A stretch of DNA of 64,000 nt from Nitrospirota bacterium (GCA_963749655.1 CAVVOB010000022.1:1-64000), one strand, 5' to 3'. Positions 34,124 through 45,019 are shown, numbered from the stretch's first letter. Translations and numbers: made by a program. The notes: generated by a model not told the origin, from the sequence alone.

Positions 34124-35425
34124 ATGAGAAACAATATCGTTTCACTCGGGGCTGAAGAACTCAAGTATGAGATCCGCGAGATCGTCGCCGTGGCCAAGGA
34201 ATTCGCGGGCCTGGGCCTTGAGATCAACTGGGAGAACATAGGCGATCCGGTCCAGAAAGGTGAGAAGGTCCCGGAATGGATCAAGGAAATCATCATTGCG
34301 ACCATGAAGGAGGATATGACCTACGCATACTCGCCTACCAAAGGCCTGGATGCGACGAGGGAATATCTGGCCCGGAAAACCAACGGACACCGGGAGGTCA
34401 AGATCACCAAAGAGGACATTATCTTCTTCAACGGTCTGGGCGACGCCATCAGCAAGGTCTACGGCCAGCTGCGGAAGGAATACCGCGTCATCGGTCCCAG
34501 CCCGGCTTACAGCACCCATTCATCGGCCGAGGCGTCCCATGCCGGGTCGGAATACGTTTCCTACCGCCTCGACCCGAACAATTTGTGGTACCCCGATCTG
34601 ACCGATCTACGGATGAAGGTGAAGTACAATCCTTCCATCTCGGGCATCCTGGTCATCAATCCCGACAACCCCACCGGCGCGGTGTACCCGAGGGAGATCC
34701 TGCAGGAGATCACGGCCATTGCGAAGGAGTACGATCTGTTCGTGGTCTGCGACGAGATCTATATCAATCTGACGTACAACGGCAGGAAGGCAGTCCCCCT
34801 GGCCGACGTGATCAACGGTGTGTGCGGCATATCGATGAAGGGGATCTCCAAGGAGCTGCCCTGGCCGGGCGCGCGCTGCGGCTGGATCGAAGTTTACAAC
34901 GCGGACAAGGACCCCATTTTTGCGAAGTACATCAAGAGCATCGTCGACGACAAGATGCTGGAGGTCTGCTCCACGACGCTTCCCCAGAAGGTGATTCCGG
35001 CCATCATGGACGATGCGCGGTACGAGAGCCACATCGCCCATCGCAACGCAGTGTACGAGAAGAGGTCGCGCATTGCCTACGATCAGTTGAAAGACATCGC
35101 GGGAGTCATCGTGAACCGGACAAACGGCGCATTCTATATGACCGTCATGTTCAAGGAAGGCGCGCTGACCGCGAACCAGAAGCTCGAGGTGACGAACTCC
35201 GCGGCTCGGGAGAGGGTCGAACAGCTTGTTAAAAATGTAGCGCTCGACAAGCGGTTCGTCTACTACCTGTTGGCCGCGACCGGCATCTGCGTCGTGCCGC
35301 TGACGGGATTCAACTGCGACCTGCAGGGGTTCCGCGTCACGCTCCTTGAATCGGACGACGCCAAGTTTGCGTGGATCTTCAAGACCCTGCGCGATAAGAT
35401 AGAAGAATATCTCCGGAGCGCCTGA
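34124..35425 (+). CDS. PLP-dependent aminotransferase class I/II (AlaA/AspC-like)
   Basis: ENIGDP, INPDNPTG, DEIY, GISKELPWPGARCGW and GAFY. Confidence 0.92.
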   Translation: MRNNIVSLGAEELKYEIREIVAVAKEFAGLGLEINWENIGDPVQKGEKVPEWIKEIIIATMKEDMTYAYSPTKGLDATREYLARKTNGHREVKITKEDIIFFNGLGDAISKVYGQLRKEYRVIGPSPAYSTHSSAEASHAGSEYVSYRLDPNNLWYPDLTDLRMKVKYNPSISGILVINPDNPTGAVYPREILQEITAIAKEYDLFVVCDEIYINLTYNGRKAVPLADVINGVCGISMKGISKELPWPGARCGWIEVYNADKDPIFAKYIKSIVDDKMLEVCSTTLPQKVIPAIMDDARYESHIAHRNAVYEKRSRIAYDQLKDIAGVIVNRTNGAFYMTVMFKEGALTANQKLEVTNSAARERVEQLVKNVALDKRFVYYLLAATGICVVPLTGFNCDLQGFRVTLLESDDAKFAWIFKTLRDKIEEYLRSA

Positions 35426-35469
35426 GAACGCCGGCGGAAGCAAACCGTATGTACAAAGAAATTTCGAAG

Positions 35470-35500
35470 AAGGCCGTCCCCGAGCAGGATGGCCTTTTTT
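35470..35500 (+). terminator. Intrinsic terminator
   Basis: AAGGCCGTCC...GGATGGCC followed by a T run. Confidence 0.8.
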
Positions 35501-35586
35501 ATTGAGAAGCGCCGGCTCCGACGTCATGGTTCCTGTCGAATATTTCCGCAGCGTTCCTGCGCCGGCTCGCCTTCAAGGCATCGCTC

Positions 35587-35615
35587 TTGACAAGAAACAG
35601 GTGAAATGCTAGAGT
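35587..35615 (+). promoter_or_regulatory. Sigma70 promoter upstream of the riboswitch
   Basis: TTGACA-17 nt-TAGAGT with an extended -10 TGn. Confidence 0.7.
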
Positions 35616-35649
35616 AACATCCATCGATTTCCATACCACACGAGTATTC

Positions 35650-35783
35650 CTTTGCTCAGAGCAAACTCCGGGAAACCGGAGGACGCAGAGCCACGAAGCT
35701 ACGTAAGACAACCCGGACTTCCCGGAAACCACACTGCCGGCGCAAAGTCTTTGTCGTTTTATACGCTAGTCGAGCCGCCAAAG
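35650..35783 (+). ncRNA. GEMM-I (c-di-GMP-I family) riboswitch aptamer, A20 / c-AMP-GMP-type variant
   Basis: CAG-A-GCAAAC-TCCG-GGAAAC-CGGA-GGACGCAGAGCCACGAAGCTA...CGCTAGTCGAGCCGCC follows the Vc2 pattern GGGCAAACC..GAAA..GGGACGCAAAGCC..UAG..GUUACC; P1 is CTTTG/CAAAG. Confidence 0.85.
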
Positions 35784-35822
35784 AACCGGCAGTGATCTGT
35801 TGACTTTGGCGGCATTTTTTTT
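35774..35822 (+). terminator. Riboswitch expression-platform terminator
   Basis: GCCGCCAAAG...CTTTGGCGGC then A and a T run; the 5' arm overlaps the aptamer 3' strand. Confidence 0.85.
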
Positions 35823-35885
35823 GCGCTGACGCCCTGCCGTGCAGTCCGAGTCCACAGCAACCATTCTATCCTTCAGGAGGAAACC

Positions 35886-36344
35886 ATGACCTACTCGAAA
35901 AATATTCTGCTTCCCGTTCTGGCGCTTCTGGCGCTCGCGCTGGGCGCCTGTTCGCCGAAGATATACGGAACGGTCCAGCTCGTCGATGCGAACATGCAGC
36001 CGATCCCCCCTGCCGCGGATAATCCCCAGGGCACGGTGGTGAATATGATCAACACGAGCGTCGCGATCGAGAAAGCCTCCCAGTCCGTGTCGGTGAATGC
36101 CGAAGGCAAATACGAGTCCCTGAAGGATCAGGTGACGCCGGGTATCTACAAAGTGGAGGCGAGCAGGATCGGATACCTCACCGAGACCCTTTCCGTCGAG
36201 GTCACACGATTCGGCGGGAAAAAGGCGGACTTCAAGCTCAAGAAGATCCAGGAAGGGAAACGTAAGAGCATTGAAGGGTCCACCACCGATGAGAACAAGA
36301 TCGTGAACCCCGGCGAAGTCAACATCCAGCCGCCGACGATGTAG
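35886..36344 (+). CDS. Lipoprotein with carboxypeptidase-regulatory-like (Ig/prealbumin) domain
   Basis: Lipobox LGAC; IYGTV...GKY...PGIYKVEASRIGY; AGGAGG RBS. Confidence 0.8.
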   Translation: MTYSKNILLPVLALLALALGACSPKIYGTVQLVDANMQPIPPAADNPQGTVVNMINTSVAIEKASQSVSVNAEGKYESLKDQVTPGIYKVEASRIGYLTETLSVEVTRFGGKKADFKLKKIQEGKRKSIEGSTTDENKIVNPGEVNIQPPTM

Positions 36345-36450
36345 GCCTTTTCAAGGCATCGCCCGGAATCCGCAAGAACCCGGTTCGTTCTTGCGGGGAA
36401 ACGGTTCCATGCAATACTATGGTTGCGTTTAACGACCAGGAGGCAGAGAT

Positions 36451-39026
36451 ATGATGAAGCGCATGATCCAGACGGCCCTGTTACTTTCGGCATCAATGCT
36501 TCTGTTCGCCTGTGGAGGCGAGAAATTCGAGCTCAAGGTCAAAGCGAATATGAACGGACAGCCTGCGGCCCTGGCAAAGGTTTCCGTGGACGGCCAGGAG
36601 CTGGGGCTCACCGATAACAACGGCGACTTTTCAAAGAATCTTGAAAGAAAGGCCGGTACCGAAGTCGCGATCACCGTGGCCAAGGAGCAGCCGGGCCATC
36701 ATACGAATCCCTGGAAAGGTTCCTTTGTCGTGAAGGCCTCGCGCAACGCTGCCGAGGTGTATTCCTTTACGGCGGATCTTTCCTCGGCCCCCTTTGTGAC
36801 GATCAAGGCTACCTCGAAAAACGAGCCTCTTTCCGATGCCGTAGTCAAGGTCGGGGGAAGGAAGCGGGCCGGACCAACGAGAAGGGCGAACTCCTTTACG
36901 AATACAAAGAAGCACCCGCCAAGGGCTTTGACATCTCCGTGAGCAAGGCCGGTTACGGAACATGGCACAAGACCGCAGCCGTCGAGCCCGGGCAGCAGAT
37001 CGAGGCGGCACTCAACAGACGGGTGACCGTGACGATCAATGCCCTTTCGGATGAATACGGAGAGCAGCGCGGCGTTCCGGGAATCAGTGTGAGCATCAAC
37101 CACACGACGGTCGGCAAGACGGATGCCAAGGGCACATTCGCCTGGACGTCCGACAAGGACCTGGGCAAAAAAGTTCCCATCGCGCTGTCCGCCTCCGGTT
37201 ACCTGCCGGAGAGCTGGCAGGGTTCGATCACCCTGGACGGCGAGGTCAGGGTCCAGCGCTATTTTTATCCCGTCACACCCCGGCCCATCAGGACCGGCAT
37301 CTACCGGTTTGCCGGCAATACGCCCAACGTGGATCTGAGGGACGTCCTTACGCAGACCGAGGATGCGATCGCGGCGCAGCTTTTCAAGAATGTCTGCTTC
37401 AGCAAAGTTCCGTCCCAGACCCTTCAGAGCGATATGAAACGCGCGAAGGTGAGCATCGAAAAGGTCACCACCAAGGGGTGGCGGACGACACCGCTCAAAA
37501 AGACGGTGGACATGATCGTCGTCGGAAGCGTGGCCAAGGACGACAAGGGCTATCTGATCGAAGCGAAGTTTTATGCGCCGGGCGGGACCCAGATCATCAG
37601 CCAGATCGCCCGGGCCAAGAGCGCTTCGGACATTGACGGCGCGGCGAAGGAAATCGTGAACGCGGTGATAGAGCGCTTTCCCTTCGAAGGGACGGTGGTC
37701 GGGACCGAGGAGGAGCGCTATCGCATCAATCTCGGCAAGTCCGGACTACCGGATTATCGAGGGGCACCGACTTCCAGGTCATGACGCCGCGCATGGATGA
37801 TGCCGGCAAGATCACGGCATATCGGGAAGCCGGCAAATTGCGGGTCAGGAAAGCGGAGGACAGCGGCTCCTGGACCGAAGTGGAGGAACTGAAAAAGGAC
37901 GAGAAGATCTCCATCGGAGACCGTGTCGTGCGTCGTGTCTACCGGGAAGGAGAGGAAGAAGGCGCCCGCAACTATTTCATTCTGTCCAGCAAAAGGCGGC
38001 ATTGCCTCCCGATGTGACTCCGCTGTCCGGCGTGAACATCTATGTGAACAACGAGTGGCTCGGCTCGACCGGCCCCGACGGCAAGGCGGAGGTCCCGGCG
38101 CGGATCAACAAGAGCGTCACCCTGCTCCTTGTACCGGCACGGATACCAGCAGGTGACCGAGAAGATCACGATCGAGAAGAACAAGGAAACGAAGGAGTTC
38201 GTCCTGGCAGTGAACAACGCAGTGTTCAGGGTCGATTCGCGTCCGCAGGGGGCTGAAGTTTTCGTGGACGACGAGCAGATCGGCAAGACCCCGCTCCTGG
38301 CCGGCAAGGCCGTGCCCCTGGGATTCCACACGATCAAAGTCACCATCGGCGGGGACTACCGCGACTGGGAAGAGGTCGTGGAGTTCGCCAAGAAAGAAGA
38401 AGACCGCACCGGTGAACGGTCGATCGTCCTTCCGAAGGACTGTCTGAAGATCGGCGAGCGCGCAGAGCAGAAGGGCGACGTCGACGGCGCGATCGCAGCG
38501 TACCAGAGCACCGAGAAGGGGCACCCCGATTATTCCGTGGCCCATCACCGGCTGGCGCAGCTGTATCTGGACGACAAGGCCGACTTTGACGGGGCCATCC
38601 GCGAGTTCGAGAACGTGCTGTCCCTCCCCGAGAACCAGCAGCTGGTGTACAAGCAGTTCTCCGTGGCCTTTATGAACCTCGGCCATGCCTATTACGAGAA
38701 GGGCAGCGCGCTCGTGCAGAAGGACACGCGAGGCGGCGGCGCAGAACTTCGGCAAGGCGATCCAGAACCTTCAGATTGCGAAGCAGAACACGCGGTTCTT
38801 CCCGAACGACCGTTATGACGAGGCGGTGCACGATACGTACTACTACACCGCACTCTCGTATCATAAGCTCTACCAGTTGACCAAAAAAGGCAATATCCTG
38901 AACAGCGCCAACCAGGCGTGGCGGGATTACTTCGACTTCTTCCCGAAAAAGCTCGAGGGGAACAGCACCTTTGAGCAGAGCCGGGAAGCGGCGCAGAAAT
39001 ACTGGGACCAGATCAAGAACCTGTAG
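36451..39026 (+). CDS. Large lipoprotein: Ig-like repeats + CsgG/FlgT-like domain + PEGA + TPR, frameshifted
   Basis: Lipobox LFAC; repeated VDGQELG.TD..G units; VDMIVVGSV..FPFEGTVV..INLG..GDRV; PEGA VDSRPQGAEVFVDDEQIGKTPL; TPR AFMNLGHAYY. Confidence 0.75.
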
Positions 39027-39047
39027 CGCCTGTCGGAGGACGGTATT

Positions 39048-40344
39048 GTGATAGTCGGGAAGGGACGTTCCATACTGGCATGCGCCGCGATCGTCGTTAC
39101 GCTGCAATCTTCAGCAACGGCGGGCGAGGTCCTGTCGGGGCCTGCGGGGACAACCGATTGCCAGTGCAGCGCGGGCGGGACAGTCAACGGGAGCGCCGGT
39201 TTCGGCGCCGTCCGCCACCCTGCAGAGCGTTATGAGCAGCGCCACGGGAACGTGCCCGTGCCCGGAAGAAAAAAAGCCCGCGCCGCTCGAGCCGCTGTCC
39301 CTTCGTCCCCTGGTCCCCATCGAAGCCGGCCGTAACGACTCGAATCCGGTCGTGGTCTCCCCGCGGCACCTTCATCGCCTTTGAGCGGAGCGTCGGGGAT
39401 ACGAAGGAGATCCGCATCGCACTGCCGGACGGCACGCCGGTTCAGACCATTTACTTCCTGCTGTCCGGCGGGCAGCAGGGACATGAAGTTCTTTTTCCCC
39501 GGGGTATCCGAGGAAACCAGCTATAACGCGGGCATCACCTGGTCGCCCGACGAGTACCGGTTCGTGTTCATGAGCAACGGCGGCGAGGGCAACTATGACC
39601 TGTATCTGCAGGACCTCGGCGCGGCAGCGCCGAAGCGGCTGACGGACCATAAGGAAAAGGACGGCCAGGCGCACTGGTCGCCGTTCCGGGGACCGCATCG
39701 TCTTCGTGTCGGGCAGGTCGGGCAACGGCGATGTGTACAGTCATGGACCTCGCGACGCGCGCCCTCACGCGCCTGACGCGGGGAGGCAAGGCATAGCTCT
39801 ATCCCCGGTGGTCGCCGGACGGCGAAGAAGATGGCCGTGATGCACGGCAGCAACGAGAACCATGATATCGTTCTGATCAATGACGCGGCCAGGCCGGCGG
39901 AGTCGCAGAGAGCGCTTACGACGTGGACCTCGGACGATCTGAGGCCTGTCTGGTCGCCGGACGGAAGGAAGATCGCCTTTTATTCCAATTATAATGCCGC
40001 AGGTGATCCCCGGGCCTGGTCGCTTGCGGTGATTGCCGCAGACGGTTCGGATCCCGCGGAGGGAGACGGGCTTGCCGCATGCGTCGTGGCGACGGACATC
40101 ATCCCCGATGTGGAGGCGGGTCCTGCGTGGATGCCCGACAGCAACCGGATCGTTTTCGTCAAGAACGACCGGCAGGAGTACAATCCGCTCTATGTTGCCG
40201 ATGTCGGTCCGGAAGACGGCCATTCCGATCAGGACGGACACGAAGATGAACCACGATGTCGCCGGTTCGGCCGACGGGACGATCGCGTTCCGCGCCCAGG
40301 TCAATCAGTGGGACCAGATCTATATCATGAAGCTGAAGGAGTGA
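39048..40344 (+). CDS. TolB-like PD40 beta-propeller protein, frameshifted
   Basis: Repeated WSPD motifs (ITWSPDE, PVWSPDGRKIAF, PAWMPDS) and GNYDLY; N-terminal signal-like segment. Confidence 0.82.
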
Positions 40345-40350
40345 TTTAAG

Positions 40351-40380
40351 TGCGGAATGCGGAATGCGGAATGCGGATTG
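40351..40380 (+). repeat. (TGCGGAA)n heptamer array
   Basis: TGCGGAATGCGGAATGCGGAATGCGGATTG. Confidence 0.85.
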
Positions 40381-41880
40381 GGAAAATCGTTATCACGGGC
40401 ATTGTTGTCGGTTTCAGCGTCTGTTCATCATGCCCTGACGACGGGGACCGGCTTCCTGCTGCCGGATGATCGCCGTTGCCAAGGCGATGAAGCTCTATGA
40501 AAAGCGGCATTACGACGAAGCTGCCGGCGTGCTTCGCTCCGGCGCCGTCGATCCGTCCCGGCAGGGCGCGGCGAACCTTGCGCTCGGCATGGTCTATTTC
40601 AAGAATGCGGTGCTGCACCGCGAACTGTACCGGACCTCGGAACTGGTGTTCCAGGACTATCTGAAAAAGCTGTCCGCTGCCCAGGGCAGGGACCGGAGCC
40701 GCTTCGTCGATCTGTACTTCGGCGAGACCCTGCTCGAAGCGGGCAAGCCCGACGTGGCCGCGATCTATCTCGAAAAGTTCGCCAACACGGCGGGAATCGA
40801 TCAGAAATACCAGGCGATCGCGAACGTCAGTCTCGGCCTCAGCTACTACCGGAGCAAGGAAAGCCAGAAGGCCGCGGACCTGTGGGCGGCCATCGATGCC
40901 ACGGACCCCGAGGTGAAGGCCGAGCTGGCGGCGGCCTACAGCAAGGCGGGCATCACGGACAAGAACGCCGAGGCGCTCATCGACGAGGCCCTGGGTGCAG
41001 CGAAAAAATCGGGCAAGCCGGTCACGGTACGGATGGTGAAGAACATGCTGGCCGTCTATGTCCGGGCCGGACAGACCGAGAAAGGCCTGGACCTGCTCAA
41101 GCGCGCGGACCTGAAGGCGTTTTCGTACCGGGAGACGCTGGGAAAGTCCAAGGTCATCAATTTCTACGACTTGTCCCTGCTGGGCGACATGGCCGACATC
41201 TACGGACGAGCGGCAATAACGTACCTCGATAAGGCCGCAGCGGACGGGAAGACGAAGAGCATCGCCGAATTCTATCTCGCTCAGGCCCAGGCGCTGTTCG
41301 GCTCCCTCGATCAGTCCTCGAAGGTCGCCGCTTCGTTCATGGCGACAGCGCAGCTGCCGCAGCAGTACAAGGACCTTATGCAGGTGTGGCAGACCGCCAA
41401 CGTATACCAGCGAAGCCGCAAGGCAGAGGCAACCGCCCTCTGGAATGAGTTTTCCCAGAAGCAGGCCGCGGATCCGGACGTGCTCGCCGAGATTTTGTTC
41501 ACCTGCGGCAGGCTGAAGATCGATTGTCCGAAGGTCGTTCAAAAGGCCTCGATTGCGGCCGAAGCCGGGGAAGGGAAAAAGTTCGCGAACCTGAACATCG
41601 CCGTCGGAACCTACTATCTCGGCCGTCTGGACACTGCAAGGGCGTCGCCTACCTGGAGGCCGGCCGCGACAAGGGCAACAAGAACAAGATCGAGTCGAAT
41701 GATCCGGTGATGCTCGTGAGCCTTGCCGATGCCTACTTCCGGACCAAGAAATTTTCCGAAGCCCTTGAGATCTATTTCGAGATGAGCAAACAGTTCCCCG
41801 AGGTGCGCCAGATCCAGGACGCCCTGCAGGGGGTCTATGCCATGGAGCACAAAAGCGCGGGAGACGTGAAGATCAATTAA
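40371..41880 (+). CDS. Exported TPR-repeat protein, frameshifted; start approximate
   Basis: All-helical TPR-like units (LYFGETLLEAGK..A..YL, LGLSYY, LADAYFRTKKFSEAL); signal-like MRIGKIVITGIVV. Confidence 0.75.
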
Positions 41881-41886
41881 GGTAAT

Positions 41887-42038
41887 CCGCGCCTTGGCAT
41901 CCCCCGGCTCCTGCGGGGGTGGAAAGCGCTCACTCGCGCGTGACACAAACGTGTCACGCTCCGCGAGTGAGCAGTTCCGGGAGGTCGCGTCAGTTTTAGT
42001 CCCGACAGATCGGGATGCCGGAGGGGGCTCCACTGCGG
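41887..42038. repeat. Dispersed multi-hairpin REP/MITE-like element, copy 1
   Basis: First ~70 nt near identical to 55851ff; nested palindrome GCTCACTCGCG-CGTGACAC-AAAC-GTGTCACG-CTC-CGCGAGTGAGC. Confidence 0.85.
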
Positions 42039-42191
42039 AATTCAGAATGTGGAATGAGAAGGAAAATATCCATGGTGTGCGAGCCGGGAGTGAAACGGCA
42101 TGCCGGACTGCGCAACGGAAGAAGACGATTTGATTCGATCGAAATAAAAAGTACAGCGGTGTCGGAGACAAAAAGTGCGACCTTGGTCTTT

Positions 42192-42222
42192 ATTCCGCAT
42201 TCCGCATTCCGAATTCCGAAAT
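42192..42222 (-). repeat. Inverted heptamer array (ATTCCGC)n
   Basis: ATTCCGCATTCCGCATTCCGAATTCCGAAAT. Confidence 0.8.
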
Positions 42223-42239
42223 TCGTTGAGGAGGACACT

Positions 42240-43856
42240 ATGAAACGGACACTGGTGATGCTGCTGCTGATCGCGCCTTCATTACGGCGGGGGCCGATGC
42301 CTGGGCGGGCCGCAAGAACGACAACCGGCCCGACGGCGGGACCCTCAGCTACGGCGAGTACGGCCGGCCGGCGACGCTCGACCCGATCACGAGCAACGAG
42401 ATGATCTCGCTGCGGCTCACGGAGCTGATCTTCAACGGGCTCGTGGGCATCAACGAGAAGCAGGAGATCGTGCCCGAGCTGGCGGAGAAGTGGGAGACGC
42501 TCCCGGACCGGCGCACCTACACGTTCTTCCTCTGCGCAAGGACGTGACCTGGCACCCGAACGAAGGCGAGGAAGCCAAACCGTTCACGGCCGATGATGTG
42601 GTCTTCACCTACAACATCATGATGCACCCCAAGACCATCACGCCGCTCAAGGTGCGGTACGAGTTCATCGCCGCGTCGAGAAGATCGATGACTAGACGGT
42701 GAAATTCACGCTCAAGCGGCCGATCCTGAACGCGCTGGCCAAGTTCAGCTTCAAGATCATCCCGAAGCACGGCCCGGCCAACTCCGCTGTACCTCACGCG
42801 GGACGATCCCTTTGTCCAGAACCCCATCGGCACCGGCCCCTATATGCTGAAGAACGTTACCGCCGAGCGCGAGATCGTGCTGGTGGCGAACGAAAATTAT
42901 TTCAAGGGCAGGCCGCATATCGACAAGTTGGTGGCCAAACCCTTTGCGGACCAGAACATCATGACGCAGGCGCTCATGTTCAACGCCATCGACATGATCG
43001 TGCTGGTGAACCCGCGCGACATTCCCGAGATCCAGGGCGACAAGCGCTTCATCCTGCAGCCCTACAACGCGCTGTCGTACTCGTTCTTCGGCTACAACTC
43101 TGCGGAACCCGCTGCTTGCGGACAAGCGCGTGCGCAAGGCCTTCACCTATGCCGTGAACCGGCAGGAGATGCTCGACTCCTTCTTCAACGGACAGGGCAC
43201 CATCATCTCCGGGCCCTTTTGCGCCCGGGAGCTGGGCCTACAACCTCGATGTGCAGCCCCTTGCCTTTGATCCCGAAAAGGCGAAGGCGCTGCTGCAGGA
43301 GGCGGGCTTCACCCGCGGCGCGGACGGCATCATGCAGAAGGACGGCAAGAGGCTGTCGCTGACCCTCAAGGTGCCGATCGAGAAGGAGAGCGAGGCGGTG
43401 AAGCGCGTGGTGCTCGCGTTCAAGAACTATCTCAAGAACGTCGGCGTCGACGTCAAGGTGGAGTTCAAGGAGTGGCAGGCCTGGAAGGAAGACGTGTTCC
43501 TGGAGCACGATTTCGACATCGTTTTCGCCTCCTGGGTGTTCGACGATTCGGCGGACATCTCGTCGCTGTTCCATTCCGCCGAGATCGGAGCATGGAAAAA
43601 CAATTTCGGCGGCTATTCGAATCCCGAGGTGGACGGTCTGATCAACGAAAGCAAGCTCACGCTGGACCATGAGAAGCGGCGGACCATCAACCGCAAGCTG
43701 CACGCGATCCTGGCCGACGAGAACCCCTATACGTTCCTCTGGACGCTCACGAACTACGCGGGATACCACAAGAAGGTCCGGCACGTGGCGATCCATCCCT
43801 ACAAGTTCTTCTCCTATGCCGATGACTGGTTCATGGAAGGGAAAGACCAGAAGTAA
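42240..43856 (+). CDS. Peptide ABC substrate-binding protein (OppA/DppA-like), frameshifted
   Basis: TLDP, IFNGLV, PELAEKWE, FTADDVVFT, PIGTGPY and YSNPEVD; GAGGAGG RBS. Confidence 0.9.
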
Positions 43857-43862
43857 CCTTCA

Positions 43863-43894
43863 ATGCGGATTGCGGAATGCGGAATGCGGAATGT
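43863..43894 (+). repeat. (TGCGGAA)n heptamer array
   Basis: ATGCGGATTGCGGAATGCGGAATGCGGAATGT. Confidence 0.85.
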
Positions 43895-43914
43895 AAAAAA
43901 AGGCTGAGTGGCTC

Positions 43915-44883
43915 ATGAAGCTCTCAGCCATCCGGCCCATAGCCCTGGTGCTGTCCAGGGAGCTGGCGATCACCGGGCTCCTGCTCCTCGGCGTGAGCTT
44001 CGTGGTCTTCACCATCCTCTACGTTTCGCCCGGCGATCCCTTCAGCGTGCTGCTGGAAGGACAGCTTGTCCACGGCAGATGCACGGAGCGGCGTGCGCGA
44101 AGCCCTGGGCGTTCCGACGTCCTGGTATGGCCAGTATCTCTCCTGGCTTGCCGGCATGCTGCAGGGGAATTTCGGCACCTCGATCCGCACCGGCTTGCCG
44201 GTCCTGGGCGAGGTCTTCCGCGTCGGACTCAACACGCTCATCCTTACCCTCGGATCGATGCTGGTCACGCTCCTGATCGCCGTGCCGATCGCCCTGTATT
44301 CCGCGGTGCGCGGCGTCAACGCAGTGATCCTGGCCGCTCACCATGTTCGCCTACGTGGTCTCGGCGCTTCCGGTCTTCTGGCTCGGCTATATCGTCATCT
44401 ATTTCTTCACGCATAAACTCGGGCTTTTCCCGCTTGCCTTCGGCTTCTCGGGCAGCGATCAGAAGTACGCGCTGGCTCTACGAGCTCCTGCCGATCTTGG
44501 TGCTCGGCGTGGGCAACGGCACCATCAGCGAAGTGATCCGCTACCTGCGCGAGGAAATGGGCAGGGTCATGGCCGAGGATTACATCCGCACGGCACGGGC
44601 CAAGGGAGCCTCGGTCTGGAAGCACTCGTTCAAGGAAGGGCTCCTTATTCCGGTGACCGAGATCATCGCTGCCAAGATCCCCTTCATCCTCGGCGGGGCC
44701 GTCATCGTCGAGCAGGTGTTCAACTGGCCGGGCATGGGCAGGATGGCCTGGCAGGCGGCGCAGGACCGCGACTATCCCGTGATCATGGGCATCGCGATCC
44801 TGGCCGCCGTGTTCGTGCGCATGGGAAGCCTGTTCCAGAGCATCGTGTACGTGGCGGTGAATCCGAGGGCGTCGAAGGAATAA
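43915..44883 (+). CDS. Peptide ABC permease (OppB/DppB-like), internal frameshifts
   Basis: SPGDP, GNFGTS, DYIRTARAKG, IVEQVFNWPGMG and RDYPVIMG. Confidence 0.92.
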   Translation: MKLSAIRPIALVLSRELAITGLLLLGVSFVVFTILYVSPGDPFSVLLEGQLVHGRCTERRARSPGRSDVLVWPVSLLACRHAAGEFRHLDPHRLAGPGRGLPRRTQHAHPYPRIDAGHAPDRRADRPVFRGARRQRSDPGRSPCSPTWSRRFRSSGSAISSSISSRINSGFSRLPSASRAAIRSTRWLYELLPILVLGVGNGTISEVIRYLREEMGRVMAEDYIRTARAKGASVWKHSFKEGLLIPVTEIIAAKIPFILGGAVIVEQVFNWPGMGRMAWQAAQDRDYPVIMGIAILAAVFVRMGSLFQSIVYVAVNPRASKE

Positions 44884-44891
44884 CTTGATTT

Positions 44892-44919
44892 CGGAATGCG
44901 GATTGCGGAATGCGGAATT
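44892..44919 (+). repeat. (TGCGGAA)n heptamer array
   Basis: CGGAATGCGGATTGCGGAATGCGGAATT. Confidence 0.8.
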
Positions 44920-45019
44920 AAAAAGATGCAATGACAGAAGCCGGGGCTGGTTCCGGCCAGCAGTCGGCAATTCTTAAGGCTCGGTTGATCTGTGGGATTG
45001 GAACAGCTAAAGAAGACAC

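Noticed and set aside
35886-41880. Myxobacterial Agl-Glt gliding machinery
   Set aside because: TPR, PEGA and propeller content is only superficially similar; there is no AglRQS-type motor, TonB-C/FHA protein or OmpA-like barrel here.
3091-44883. Mass pseudogenisation or programmed frameshifting
   Set aside because: Single-base shifts hit many unrelated housekeeping genes without accumulated in-frame stops or a shared slippery motif; sequencing indels are the simpler explanation.
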